A stretch of 63,135 bases of DNA, the filler included, from Octopus bimaculoides (lineage: Eukaryota): assembly GCF_001194135.2 (NCBI RefSeq). It is 6 parts of 6 records of this genome, joined end to end, with 100 filler letters (N's around TTAATTAATTAA, not from the genome) between each part and the next. Parts side by side here need not be neighbours in the genome. Positions count along the whole stretch, not along the records: positions 17,922 to 44,413 come from NC_068989.1; positions 44,514 to 49,896 come from NC_068982.1; positions 49,997 to 58,265 come from NC_069005.1; 3 more parts are not named here. One strand, given 5' to 3'. The position numbers were made by a program, and so were the translations under genes. Below the pieces are notes generated by a model. It was not told the DNA's origin. It did not search any database and worked only from the letters and a program-made list of their open reading frames with translations. Positions 39,101 to 51,572 of this stretch are shown here, one piece after another (the stretch's first letter is position 1; every line of letters begins with the position of its first letter).

Positions 39101-39938
39101 AAAAACACTAGTTTTTTTTAAAAAAAACAATCTAACGGCAACAGTGCTTAAATTTTACTGTCTTTTCACTTTATCTGTATGAAGGCGACGCGAAAAACAT
39201 TCTGTATAGGCAGAAGATAAGCAAATGTATATATATGTATATGGGTGATCACATTGATTTTGTAAAAAGAAAAAGCGTAAATGTCAAAATATCAATTTGG
39301 AAAAACACAGACATATTCAGATTTCATGTAAGTACATAATAAAAATTAAAAATGTGTAAATCTCTAAAAATAATGTCCAGTAAAACAGTGAAAAGCATGT
39401 TTTTCCTCTTCAAATCTTTAGAAATCACAGCAACAACTCCTTAACCAAATTGTAGAAGATGTATGGTAATTTTCACGATTCTTTTTTCGTACCATTTTTG
39501 TTTTCGTTAAATATATAAGTGTGCGTCTTACACACTGCAATGAACAGTATATATGCGGTTTTCTCTGTTTGTGTATGTGTGTATATATGACTGATTGCAT
39601 GAATTGTCTGCATGTTCGTTAATTCTGCTATTTGCTCTTAAATTAGGCAACAATCGATACAAACGCTTTGCATAAATTATTCGTCATTCAATAGAGAAGA
39701 ATTGTTAAACATTTATTTTCAGATACAACCGCCACATCTCTCTCTAACAATAACATTAAATTTGCCGAGCCAGAGGTGTAGAAAGACAGGTACGTGTGTA
39801 CAAAATTCCCCACAGTTTGTCTAATAGAGTGAAGTAGAGAGAGAGAAAGAGACTCATCTTATACATATGTACATACTTACACGCATACATATTACATCTA
39901 TATGTGTATATGTATCTGTGTCTATACGTATATACATG

Positions 39939-39969
<31 letters not shown>

Positions 39970-40509
39970 GTGTGTACATGTATATACCCAGATATATTTA
40001 TACAACGAAAAACGAAAAACGTTATCATAGATATATGAATGTATTTACGTTCTTATCAAAATATCCTACCGGTTTCAATCGTCTAAAATATGATTTGGTC
40101 ATAATCAACCGAAGGGTAAAAATAACTGGATGAAATTAAACTTCCATGAGATCAGTACTGTGAGTTCTCATTTTTTTTTTATTACCAAAATCACACGGTG
40201 CTGAAAATTCCTTTCTTTTTGATTGCTACAGGATCCTTGTTGTAACAGAACTGGGAAGACTAGTTGTTACAAGTAGTAGCAGAAGCATGATCTCGATCCT
40301 TGGTGGCAGCAGAAGATACGATGGTTGTGGTTGTAGTCGTTGTGGTTGTGTTATTGTAATTAGTAACAAGAGTAGTAGTAGAAAATGATGTAGTAATATT
40401 AGTGGTAGTTAATTGTCCGTTTCTCCCACACAAGTGTCTCAATGCAGCCAAAATTTGGTTATGAAGGTTGTTCCCAGATATATTGCTGCTATATTGTGCA
40501 ATCAATAAA

Positions 40510-40760
40510 CAAATAATCATAATAATAAAATCTTAAAATTTGGTTGTTTCTTACCTGCACTTGAGTCCATATGTTGGCTAAGTCCTATCTTCTGGATTTC
40601 GTTACGGAATTTTTTTTATATATTTAGACTAATGCTTTGTCTCAATGATACAACGATTTGTCATATATAATGCTCTCCACATCCTGAGCATGTAAGTGCA
40701 TAGGATAGATTTTCAAATGAACAACTGAATTTATTTCCTATGTGGGATACGTATGGAAGG
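40510..40760 (-). pseudogene. Penelope-like element GIY-YIG endonuclease remnant
   Basis: KFSCSFENLSYALTCSGCGEHYI*Q...LRQ...IQKIGLSQHMDSSAGKKQPNFKI. This fits the PLE pattern NLIY-x3-CxxC-x2-YIGQT, with GGA read as TGA. Confidence 0.8.
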
Positions 40761-41145
40761 AAATGTGAGGAAAGAAGGACTGATATGAAAAAAAAAATTG
40801 TACTGAAATTAAGAAATTAAGAGTTTCGAATATAAGATTTATAGAGCTCGGTGTTTTTTTTTTTTAATGTAAATGGCATATAACGTATATAAGAGTTCGA
40901 GGAGGTTCACTCTGAATGGCCGTTTCTAGAGCTCATGTCCTGGTATTCATGTGTCGATATGTATTAATATATGAATACGGAATTTAAGTCGAATTTATAA
41001 ATGTATGTGTATGATTGCCTAATTTGAGTTTATAATTAATGCTTATCTTTTGTCTCGAGTTCGACTTGAGCACTCCTTTTTAGCATCTCCTTATATTTCG
41101 CAAGAAACAATTATATCTACAACTCTATAACTATCTATCTATCTT

Positions 41146-41220
<75 letters not shown>

Positions 41221-43066
41221 NNNNNNNNNNNNNNNNNNNNNNNNNNNNNNNNNNNNNNNNNNNNNNNNNNNNNNNNNNNNNNNNNNNNNNNNNNNNNNNN
41301 NNNNNNNNNNNNNNNNNNNNNNNNNNNNNNNNNNNNNNNNNNNNNNNNNTATATATATATAGTTATAGATATAATACGCTCATATGATCTCGTATGGTTG
41401 GGTATTAGAACATTTACCATTGTTACAAAGGCGCAAAATAATGGAATCAGTATACTATGTGAACAATGACTATTTGATCACCTCAAAATATTTATCTGTG
41501 GATGAATAGCGAAGAAAATTTGCTTTGAGCGATCTATCTGCATTTAGCATAACATGCTGTTGGCTGTTTTAATCTAATATCAATTTTTCTGCATAGAACG
41601 GGTTTTTATTTGGATAGGCAAATAATTACTACACAAGTGATTGTTAAATCTCCAATTCTTACATCAGTAGTATCGAATTTTGTTTTACCATACAATTAAC
41701 AGAATGTACATGCTACTGAAAGAGGTCATTATGCAGAAATCCGTATCTAGCGCATTGCTGATTGGAGGATTTTTCTTCATATATGATATATTTGTGTTTT
41801 TAAACACAGCGTGACCACAAGAGATATCACCGGAGGGATAACTCAGTCAACAATTTTTTTTTGCATTGACTATATTAAACCGGTACTCTTTCAGTTCCAA
41901 GTAACAGATAAATATGCACCTATTAATATGTGCGCGATCACCGATACATCTAAAATTGGGGAAAAAGCTGTACTCAACTGCGAGTGATCCTGATGTTTCG
42001 AGAACAGTAATGTTTCAGTCCGCTTCCTCCAGGAGTAGAGATGTAACACTCCGCGTTGAACGACATATTACCTTTTTCTGATGCATCGAAACTAACGAAT
42101 TTATGTGTGTATGTGTGTATATATGAATGCATGTAAGCATGCATACGCAAATGCACAATTTTATGTGGATATATATGTCACTTTTTACGTGTAGAGAGGA
42201 TGAGGTGCATTTAAATGTACAAGCCCGAAATAATTACTCAATACAAGCTGAAAGTTCTTTTCATTTTTTTCTAAAGTGAGGCTATATTCCACCAAATTTC
42301 TCTAATCCTATGCATATATGCATAGGAATCGGTAAATACATATATACATACATACGCATACATACATGCACAGACACACACATATATATAGATACATACA
42401 TATTTACATACACAAACACAAACATGTATAATTGAATGTGGTTTGCAGATATAATTGCAATACATCCATTAGGTTTTTCTCCCCCCAAAACTGTAAAACA
42501 TATATTGGTGTTGTTTATATTTATCATCTTTGCTTGCTAGATAACATAACTACGCATCGATTTGCAAAGATAAACATATACACACTTATATAGATACGTA
42601 TTCTCGTATGTACGTATGTGTCTACACATGCAAGTTAACCGATAAATATGCATACATACATACATATATATATATATATCCTTATATGATTGGTTCACCT
42701 AAAAAACATATATGGAAATACGATTATATTCCAACGTTTACTATTCAAACTTTCATTCTGATATCCATGTATCTATTGCTCTGTACAAGCATTCATCCAT
42801 ATATCATACTAAAACCAATGGAAGCGATATTCTCTGCTGAAATAAATTAGTACTAGTAAGTAATCGGCATATAATACATTATTACATCGTATATGAAAGA
42901 TAATTCATTATAGGGAACAATTTTTTTTTTTTAACTGCGTTCATGTCAAATTCTCATTCTGTCAAATTCTTTCATACTGTCGTGTTGTATTTTCCTATAA
43001 AACAACACACATGTGCATACACCACAAATTCATTCACCGATGAGTATATATATATATATGTGTGTG

Positions 43067-43097
<31 letters not shown>

Positions 43098-43230
43098 GTA
43101 TATATCTATGTATACACATATATATACATGCATGTATACATACATACGTATATATGTATGTATATATATGCTTACACATACACACATATATATATATGTG
43201 TGTGTGTGTATGTATGTGTGTATGTAAGCG

Positions 43231-43264
<34 letters not shown>

Positions 43265-43386
43265 TATGTATATACATGCATAAATATAATGTGCATATTT
43301 GCATGCACACGTAGGTATAAGCATTTTGTATTAACACTTGTTGACAGAGATATGCACAGATGAATTGTCTCATATGTACACACACA

Positions 43387-43424
<38 letters not shown>

Positions 43425-43844
43425 TACACACTCACACACACGCATTAACATGCAATAATGCGAATCACATCAGTACACGCTTGGGTAGCTATATTCATAT
43501 GAAATGTATTCATCGAATCAACAACGCGAAACTTACGAACTCACCTCCGCTTACGCTCAGGTACATACACTTTCTCTTACGAATACACATAAACACACAC
43601 ACCGAAACACCGGTTTACACAGATACCAGCAACACGTGTACAATGGCATACATCCAAATATCGATTGAGCCATTTTCTAAAATATCCATTGGCTAATCTA
43701 CCAAATCTTCCATACACAAAACACACTTCACGTAATTTCAACTGTTGGAAGCATTATTGATTTTCTATTGTCACCTTGAAAACTCCGGAGAAAGAACACC
43801 AATGAAGGACGCACTTGCCTCCTATTTCTTTTTTCCGTATCACC

Positions 43845-43855
43845 ATCATTTTCTT

Positions 43856-43886
<31 letters not shown>

Positions 43887-44015
43887 TTCTTCTTCTTCTA
43901 ATTCTTCTTCTTCTTCTTCTTCTTCTTCTTCTTCTTCTTCTTCTTCTTCTTCTTCTTCTTCTTCTTCTTCTTCTTCTTCTTCTTCTTCTTCTTCTTCTAT
44001 ACTTCTTCTTCTTTT
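43845..44015. repeat. (CTT)n microsatellite
   Basis: Direct reading; source of the poly-L ORF. Confidence 0.97.
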
Positions 44016-44373
44016 TCTTCTTCTTGTTTTGTTTTACCTGTACCAGCGATCATGATGTTCCCACTTTCCTGAGCACTGGATAGCTTGCTCTGGTTTCTCT
44101 CGGGATCATGTTAGTAGGGTCGAGAGGGTATATGTAATGGTGTGAAAACCTACCGAATCTAAAAGTTTCGGGTGTGCAATCACCGGTGAGAATGATTTCG
44201 ATCACGGGTTGAGATGGACGGTGCTTCAGAGAGCGAACAGGTTCTGGGACCCAAACTCGGGTTAAGTTCAATGCTTTTGTAATAAATCCGTGCAAACTTT
44301 TCCTAGCATTTTGTATAGACAAAGGTCAGTGATGGTCTTCCTCAGTCAAGAGTCAACAACCATCAATTATGTG

Positions 44374-44413
<40 letters not shown>

Positions 44414-44513
44414 NNNNNNNNNNNNNNNNNNNNNNNNNNNNNNNNNNNNNNNNNNNNTTAATTAATTAANNNNNNNNNNNNNNNNNNNNNNNNNNNNNNN
44501 NNNNNNNNNNNNN
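44414..44513. other. Artificial scaffold linker N44-TTAATTAATTAA-N44
   Basis: Same 100-bp structure. Confidence 0.95.
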
Positions 44514-44845
44514 ACTCCACCCATGCCTTCCCCACCTCCCAACACCCTCACATCACACCACACCAATACCCTCGCATCACACCACGCACACACTACAACT
44601 GACCAACTGCTTTCTCCCTTCCCCATTTTCACACTACATACGTCAAGATCACCAGCATTCTATCTCCCACACACAGCCCCTCGTTCTTCGATCACCGTTT
44701 GTTATCTCCCCCTTTTCTTAGCTCTCCTGAAAAAAGAATTTCTAACTTCCGGTCAGCCATTGTTATGATCAGCCATTATTATGATTGACCGTTGACCGGA
44801 CACTATTCAACTTTTTTCTCCTTGTTTTTCTCCTTGTCTCCGTAT

Positions 44846-44882
44846 TCTTTCTGTTGAGGAGCGTAGCTCGAAACGTCAAAGA
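44846..44882 (+). ncRNA. Minimal type I hammerhead ribozyme motif (A6>U core variant) in a PLE-type repeat
   Basis: TCTTT-CTGTTGA-G-GAGC-GTA-GCTC-GAAA-C-GTC-AAAGA: 5-bp stem I, 4-bp stem II, GUC cleavage triplet. Confidence 0.65.
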
Positions 44883-45220
44883 CTTTCCGTATTCCTGAGC
44901 GTCATACTAATACATCCTTTGTTATTTACACCACCTGTCCTCGTCTGTTGTTGTTTTTTCGTATATTCTNNNNNNNNNNNNNNNNNNNNNNNNNNNNNNN
45001 NNNNNNNNNNNNNNNNNNNNNNNNNNNNNNNNNNNNNNNNNNNNNNNNNNNNNNNNNNNNNNNNNNNNNNNNNNNNNNNNNNNNNNNNNNNNNNNNNNNN
45101 NNNNNNNNNNNNNNNNNNNNNNNNNNNNNNNNNNNNNNNNNNNNNNNNNNNNNNNNNNNNNNNNNNNNNNNNNNNNNNNNNNNNNNNNNNNNNNNNNNNN
45201 NNNNNNNNNNNNNNNNNNNN

Positions 45221-45277
<57 letters not shown>

Positions 45278-45332
45278 TGCACGCACACAAAATATACATA
45301 CATACACATATACCAACATAGACATACTGTTG

Positions 45333-45333
<1 letters not shown>

Positions 45334-45397
<64 letters not shown>

Positions 45398-45473
45398 ACA
45401 GCTGTTAATACATCGTAGATAGTAGTAGTAATAGTAGCAGCAGCAGCCACAGTAGTAATAGCAGCAGTGGCTT

Positions 45474-45527
<54 letters not shown>

Positions 45528-45563
45528 CAGCAGCAGCCACAGTAGTAATAGCAGCAGTGGCTT

Positions 45564-45598
<35 letters not shown>

Positions 45599-45641
45599 AT
45601 AGTAGCAGCAGCAGCCACAGTAGTAATAGCAGCAGTGGCTT

Positions 45642-45677
<36 letters not shown>

Positions 45678-45725
45678 CAGCAGTAGTTGTTGTTGTTGTT
45701 GTTGCTGTTGTTTTTGTTGTTGCTG
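45334..45725. repeat. Compound (CTA)n(CTG)n followed by a three-unit higher-order TAG/CAG repeat
   Basis: The unit TAGTAGCAGCAGCAGCCACAGTAGTAATAGCAGCAGTGGCTTT+(AGT)n occurs three times with variable n. Confidence 0.9.
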
Positions 45726-46624
45726 TATGAGGATGAGAAAGATGAATATGGAGGTCTATTGGTGGTGTAGGGTGGGGTACGGTGGTGGGAACTTGTCTGG
45801 ATCAGTCGGCGATGTTTTGTTGCTCATTTGTAGTTTGACGTCATTCGGAGAGTAAAATGTGTAGAAGTGTCGTAGCGGTGAGAACAAGTCAGAAAATACT
45901 TGGCAGTGGCACCACTAGCAACGACAGCAGCAGCACCAGCAGCAACAACAACAACATTGACAACACTTGTTGCATTCATAAAATATGTTCGCAAGAACAA
46001 AGCAATAACTGCAACAGCAACAACAATAGAACATTGACATTAGCTGAAGTATCAGCAGGAACAGCAGCAACAACAGCTGCAGCAGTGGTAGGATCAACAA
46101 CAGGGCATCGGAACTGAAGAACACATTAATAGCAACATCACCACCACCAACAACAACAATGGTATTTTTTTTTAATAGTGACGGTGTGCGACAATAGCAG
46201 CTACAATAACAAGAGCAATATCAACAACAACAATTATGACGAGAACCTTTACGTGTTCTATAACTTGCAAGAAATAGCAGCATATTCTCCCTCTCAAATT
46301 ATATCTTACTTCCTTAGAAAGAGGACACCCAAGATGATGTAGTCCCAAGTTCCGTGAACATCAAAAATGGCGGGACGATCACAGCTGGAACGCTTTCAAT
46401 TATAAGTCTCTTAGAACAAGATTGACGTGAGGATAAATAATCCTGCCAAATATAACAGTTAAGTCTACCTCAAAACACACCACAGATGTATCCATAACTG
46501 GAAATATATTGTCCAATGTACACCTAAAAGGCGAGATGGTCACGGCTGAGTTATGGGCCTAAAATCATCAATAAATTCCTCCTTGTTAGGGTCTTGTCTC
46601 AGTAGCACATCCACACCTCGGCTC

Positions 46625-47950
46625 ACAAAACTGGGAATTCTCTCATTCCGTTGCCAGTTGCTGTAAACGTTTGCTCTGAGATAACTGAACAAGCCTCATA
46701 GAGTAGACCATCCAAACCAGGCGATTTACCCTTGCTGTAGTGAGCTATCGCTTCCCGTAATTCAGCAGCTGTTATCGGCCTTTTGTAACACTCCACCTCC
46801 GTCGCTGAAAGCCGTGGCATTCAGTCGAGGTTGGGACTGAAATCCATCCTGCGCTTCGGATCATCACTGCTCCCGTAAAGTTGAGCGAAGTACTGTTGAA
46901 AAGCTGCACAGATCTGTTTGCGATCGAGTAGCGTGTGCCCGTCTTGGTCCAGTAGAGATCAGATTGTGGCTTTGTTTTCACACCGTCTCTCTGCCATTCG
47001 GACCCATTAAACAGCTTCCGTTCTTTCTTGTCTACGAGCACGCGCCTTAGCTTTGACAACGCAGCCTTCGTGTTCGCTGTGAGCGCGTCGGTTGCGATGC
47101 CTTTTCTAAAAGCCTCATTTAGCTTCCTGACTAGCTCAGCCTCTACTCTGTTTCTTTCTACTGCTGGTCCTTTGCCAAACCGTATTGATTCTATTCTAAT
47201 CACCCTTGTCTGAGTGAACCAACATTTGTAACTCATAAATGCTCTTGTCAATGCCCGCTTAACTAATTCAATAATCCAATCTCTGTAAGCTTTGCTGCCG
47301 GGAAGGACGCTTTCAGCTTCCATGAACCTACGAAACCTATCAAGGTTGACTGTACAGATCACAAATTTGTGGTCTGTGTAGTTGACTACTTTAAATTGTG
47401 CACAGCCTATGCTATCTTTATCTGCTTCGCTACAGAATATCCTATCTAGGCACGACCTGGATACAACCCGATGCAGTTTGACCAGGTCCACACTGGCACA
47501 TTCATGGAATACAATCAATACCTGTCAGATATCTGGTATCATCGGAGCTGGTTTGCGAGGTTTTTGAACTCTCCTTCCTTATCTACTAAGCCCACGCAGT
47601 CCCAGCCAACATATAAGATCCCGTTCCAGTCGTTCACTAACACTAAAGAACTGGAATTTCCTAGAAAACTTTCCAGACGCCTGAAGAAATCTAGTCCATC
47701 TGCCCCTGCTGGGGCATAGACAGCAACTAGATAGAAATCATGTCTGCTACCGGTCATATCCAGCACTATCGACTTATCTTTCGGATCCAGAAGATGGTCC
47801 AAATCACGAGTTTCAAGTTCTTCAGAAACAACTCAGTGACTCTACCTCCTGGTTTCACTGATGACCACCACATCGCTGTTCAGTCAACTGAGATCATTGA
47901 GCGGGTCACACTGTTTCCAAGGCAACCCCAGGCCACGTGCACACCACTTA
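46625..47950 (-). pseudogene. L1/Tx1-clade LINE ORF2 remnant: APE endonuclease through the start of RT
   Basis: FYLVAVYAP...LVLVNDWNGIL (GDFN-like), SCLDRIFC...YTDHKFV (SxIDR / SDH motifs), PITAAELREAI...GKSPGLDGL (KSPGxDG pre-RT motif). Frameshifted. Confidence 0.88.
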
Positions 47951-48549
47951 TTCTCAATATGGCACGTTATTAGGCTAAGAAGAAAAGTGAAAAGGAACAC
48001 TTGGTTTTGTTAGGAGGGTTGTTTGTCAGTCCCTCCCGTTTAATTTGGGTGCTTCCACCAACAAATCACCAAGTATTCGTTTGGTGATGTTCCCTCTGAA
48101 TTCACCGATTCCCTTTGAGAATTTAGTTTTTAGGTGTATGTGTCTTGTGTTGTTTAAAAGATTTGTATATGTAGGTAAGGGGTTTGTGGGGGGTTATAAA
48201 ATCTGTTTGTGCGTTGCTTTTGTGCGTTTTTTATATATTTAAGTTTGCATTTTTTAGAGTTTATTGCCAAGTAGTTTGTAATCGTACTGTCTTTACTTTG
48301 TATTTGCTTTTGCTGTTGTTGTTATTGTTGTTATTGATGTGTATTTTAGTTGAGTTACTTTTGTAGTGTTGGTAGTTGTGGTAGTGTTTCAGATGCTTAT
48401 GGCAGTGGTGGTGATGCGTTTGTTTCATGTGCTTTTTTTCTTTACAGCTTTTATATTTTCCTTCTGCCCGTTTTATTTGGATGAGATTTTTTCGTAGCAT
48501 TTTGTTGATCTGTTTTTATTTTTGCCTCTTCTCCTTTTAGTCACTATCT

Positions 48550-49330
48550 TTTACTTCTCGTCGTGATCAAACTCACTGTATGTCATGTCTGACCGTTCAG
48601 ATTCGAAAGGTGGCATGTCTTTTACTGGAATTGAGAAATGATTAAGAGAATTCGTTGCTAGTATGGTGTGATTTGTTGCAGTAGCTGTTGCTGTTGGAAC
48701 CTTTGTTGTTTCTATTGGTGTTGCAGTTTGTATTATTGCTGTTCCTTCTGGGGCTTTGGTGGCTGTTGTTGGTGGATACCTTGGTGCTGGGAGAACAGAG
48801 GATTTTTTCTTTCTCTTTTTTAATGTTGGACACAAGGTTTTTTAGTGAGTGGTCGAAAGCCAAATGTGACACTTCGCTTTCCTTCCTTCAACTCTAATGT
48901 GTGTAATTATGCCACCTGAGATATGTATTTCATCTGCAATAGCATTCACAATGTTTTTTTATGGTTTGGATGAGGAGTTTCATCCCCATTCCCAAACAGT
49001 TCTCTTTTTTTTAGTCTCGCAAGCTTCGAGGATTTTTGTGTTTTCTTCGATGGCCACCGTGATCGCATCAATTAGTCAAGAAATAGCTATCAATGGTGGC
49101 ACATGCTGGAGGCTTGCTAATCTCCGGCTGCAGTAGTAAGGAACCAACTAGAGATCCTCACTGTTCAGGGGTTTTAGAGAGTGAGCTTTTACCTTCTCCT
49201 CTATTTCAAGTCTCATTTCCACCGTTCCAAAACCCCTTCTTTTAGTTTCCAAATGGAACCTAATGCCTTTTGGATTTAGCCTCAGTGGCTCTTTCCATCC
49301 TTTTCGATTTTATTCCAATAGTACAGTATT
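48550..49330 (-). pseudogene. LINE ORF1-like remnant with a degenerate CCHC zinc knuckle
   Basis: RVEGRKAKCHIWLSTTH*KTLCP at about 48830-48890 is C-x2-[C>W]-x4-H-x4-C. It is in frame with the Thr/Pro-rich ORF 48551-48835 and lies upstream of the Tx1 ORF2 on the same strand. Confidence 0.6.
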
Positions 49331-49706
49331 TTGGTTGGTATTGATCGGAGTGGTGAGTTTGACAGTCCATCTTGTTCGACTGTCTGACCTTGTTGATTTC
49401 TTCCTCACAGAAGTTAATTCTTTAAAAAGAGGACTTGCTGGCACTAGACTGGTGTTTGTATATGTCGTTGTACTACCTTGGGGGTCTGTTCTCTCAACGT
49501 TGCTACTTTTGTTGTTGTTGTTGTTGTTGTTTTGTTTGTTGTTGCTGCGGATGATATCTTTGTTGGAATCGTCTTCGCTCTGTTGATATTGGTACTTGTC
49601 ATCTCACGTACGAATGACTTTGATTTATTTGTATTTTCACCGTAGGTGTTGTTGGTTTCGATAGTATATATTTTGTACTCCACTTCAAGTTGGTTGTTGT
49701 TATTGC

Positions 49707-49737
<31 letters not shown>

Positions 49738-49896
49738 GCTGTTGTTGTTGTTGTTGCTGCTGCTGCTGCTGGTGGTGGTGGTGGTGGTGGTGGTGGTATC
49801 GTTGTTACTGCTGCAGCTGTTGTTGTTGATGTTATTGTTATTGTTGGAAATGGTTTGAGAAATTTCTTTGCGAATAATTACAACACTTTCGTGAAA

Positions 49897-49996
49897 NNNN
49901 NNNNNNNNNNNNNNNNNNNNNNNNNNNNNNNNNNNNNNNNTTAATTAATTAANNNNNNNNNNNNNNNNNNNNNNNNNNNNNNNNNNNNNNNNNNNN
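49897..49996. other. Artificial scaffold linker N44-TTAATTAATTAA-N44
   Basis: Same 100-bp structure. Confidence 0.95.
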
Positions 49997-50164
49997 CGAA
50001 TAATGAATGCTGTTTCTTTCGTCTGTATAAACTAAAAAACATGTGTGTTTCTGCTATTACTCACATTATTAATTTCGATTTTTGTTATTTAAAATAAACG
50101 ACATTCCTTTAATAGCTATTTTGGGTCCAAGCAAGATATTTGCTGTCATATTTTCAAAAGATAT

Positions 50165-50571
50165 TCACCTTCGAATGAGAGCATGTATCCCTGCCCCATA
50201 AAATTCTGTTGACTGTTCTTTGAGCCATTTCTTCACTACAGTTTTCACTTCCTCGTCACTGGAATAATGTTTACCTCTCGAACCCTCTTTCGTGGCGCCA
50301 AAGAGATGATAGTCTGAAGGCGCTAAATCTTGTGAGTGTGGAGGTAGTGAACAAGTGGCTCAAAGAACAGTCAACAGAATTTTACGGGGCAGGGATACAT
50401 GCTCTCATTCAAAAGTGGAACATTGCTATTGAGAGAAACAGTGACTATGTTGAAAAGTAGGGATCTGATCCACAGAGGACCAGCTTCATTTTGATGTATG
50501 ATACATGTTACTGTGTTGGTAATTATACCTGTCCTAAACAAAATGGCATTAATTTTTGACTCACCCTCGTA
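50165..50571. mobile_element. Mariner 3' end with internal fold-back inversion and TIR
   Basis: Minus strand gives PPHSQDLAPSDYHLFGATKEGSRGKHYSSDEEVKTVVKKWLKEQSTEFYGAGIHALIR. Plus strand gives KWLKEQSTEFYGAGIHALIQKWNIAIERNSDYVEK*, then TIR ...TTTTGACTCACCCTCG-TA. Confidence 0.9.
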
Positions 50572-51064
50572 CATTTGTTTAGGTTAAGTAAAATTAGTCC
50601 ACATCTCATGTCTGAATTTGTCTGCATGCATCTAATAACACAGCATGTTGTTGATAATTCGTACAATCTGACTGCTTGGCTGTCATTTCTAAATATCAGG
50701 TGTTTATGCCCGGCTTGGAATCAGAACTTATCCCACAGAAAATTACGTCTTGTGAAACAGGTTAGAATTCATCATTCTGTTGTTTTCAGTTTTACAAACA
50801 TTGACTAAGACGTTACTATAATCATCACAAATATGGGGTTTTTTTGGTGTTATTTAACCATAGGTTGGCCTTGAGTTACCAAACCATCTGTGGCCAAGTC
50901 ATCCCCATTTATTGTCTATGTTTATCTTAGATTACATTATTTAATGTTCTGTTGTTTTTGTTCATGTGTCTCTATGCAAAGTCTGTTGACTCCTCAACTG
51001 GTGAAGTTGCTATTCCGACTTTTACCAATTGGTTACATATTTCCAGTGGATCTTTTATTTCATT

Positions 51065-51420
51065 TTTATCTTGTTTCAGTCATTGGACTGCGGCCATGCT
51101 AGAGCACTGTGTTAAAGTTTTTTTTCTTTTTTAGTCGAATAATAAATCGACAACAATACTTATTTTTTAAAGTCTGGTTCTTATTTTATCTGTCTCTTTC
51201 GTTGAACTGCTAACTTATGGGGTCGTACACAAACCGGCACCGGTCATCGAGTGGTGATGCCATGGGGACAAACAACACACACACACAAAGTTTTTGCCAA
51301 CCAGATTCACTCACAAAACATTGGTCGACCCAGGGCAATAGTATGACACTTGCTCAAGGTGCCACACAGTGGGACTGAACCCAAAACCACGTAGTTGCAA
51401 ATCGAACATCTTAACCACAC
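51065..51420 (-). mobile_element. Family A SINE
   Basis: Tail TTGTTTCAGTCATTGGACTGCGGCCATGCT, (CA)n, body and B-box (GGTTCAGTCCC on minus). Confidence 0.8.
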
Positions 51421-51572
51421 AAGCATATCATCAAGCGACGAAAACACAGACACAAACTTTAAGCGACCATATTGGAGGTTTTCCCATCCTGTCATCTGCT
51501 GATTTATGCTAAGGATAAGATTTGTTCCTAAGCTATTGAGTTATTTCCCTTCCATCAATAAAGTGAGTGAAG

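Noticed and set aside
40486-40555. Apparent 66/69-nt intron (CAG|GTAAGA ... TAG/CAG) on minus followed by a Thr-rich ORF (40260-40520)
   Set aside because: The upstream 'exon' is a Penelope GIY-YIG remnant whose reading frame continues through the 'intron' (SAGKKQPNFKI); the Thr-rich part is a degenerate trinucleotide tract.
41985-42025. Hammerhead-like fragments: CTGAAAC..GTTCTCGAAACATC (minus), GACCAA-TCT-TTGGTC-GAAACATA near 28130-28160 (minus), and CTGATGA near 9620-9665 (minus)
   Set aside because: Each lacks either the CUGANGA box, the GAAA box or stem I complementarity; too incomplete to call.
45334-45700. Constant unit with variable spacers, superficially like a CRISPR array
   Set aside because: The spacers are pure (AGT)n, the context is eukaryotic and there are no cas genes; it is a compound microsatellite.
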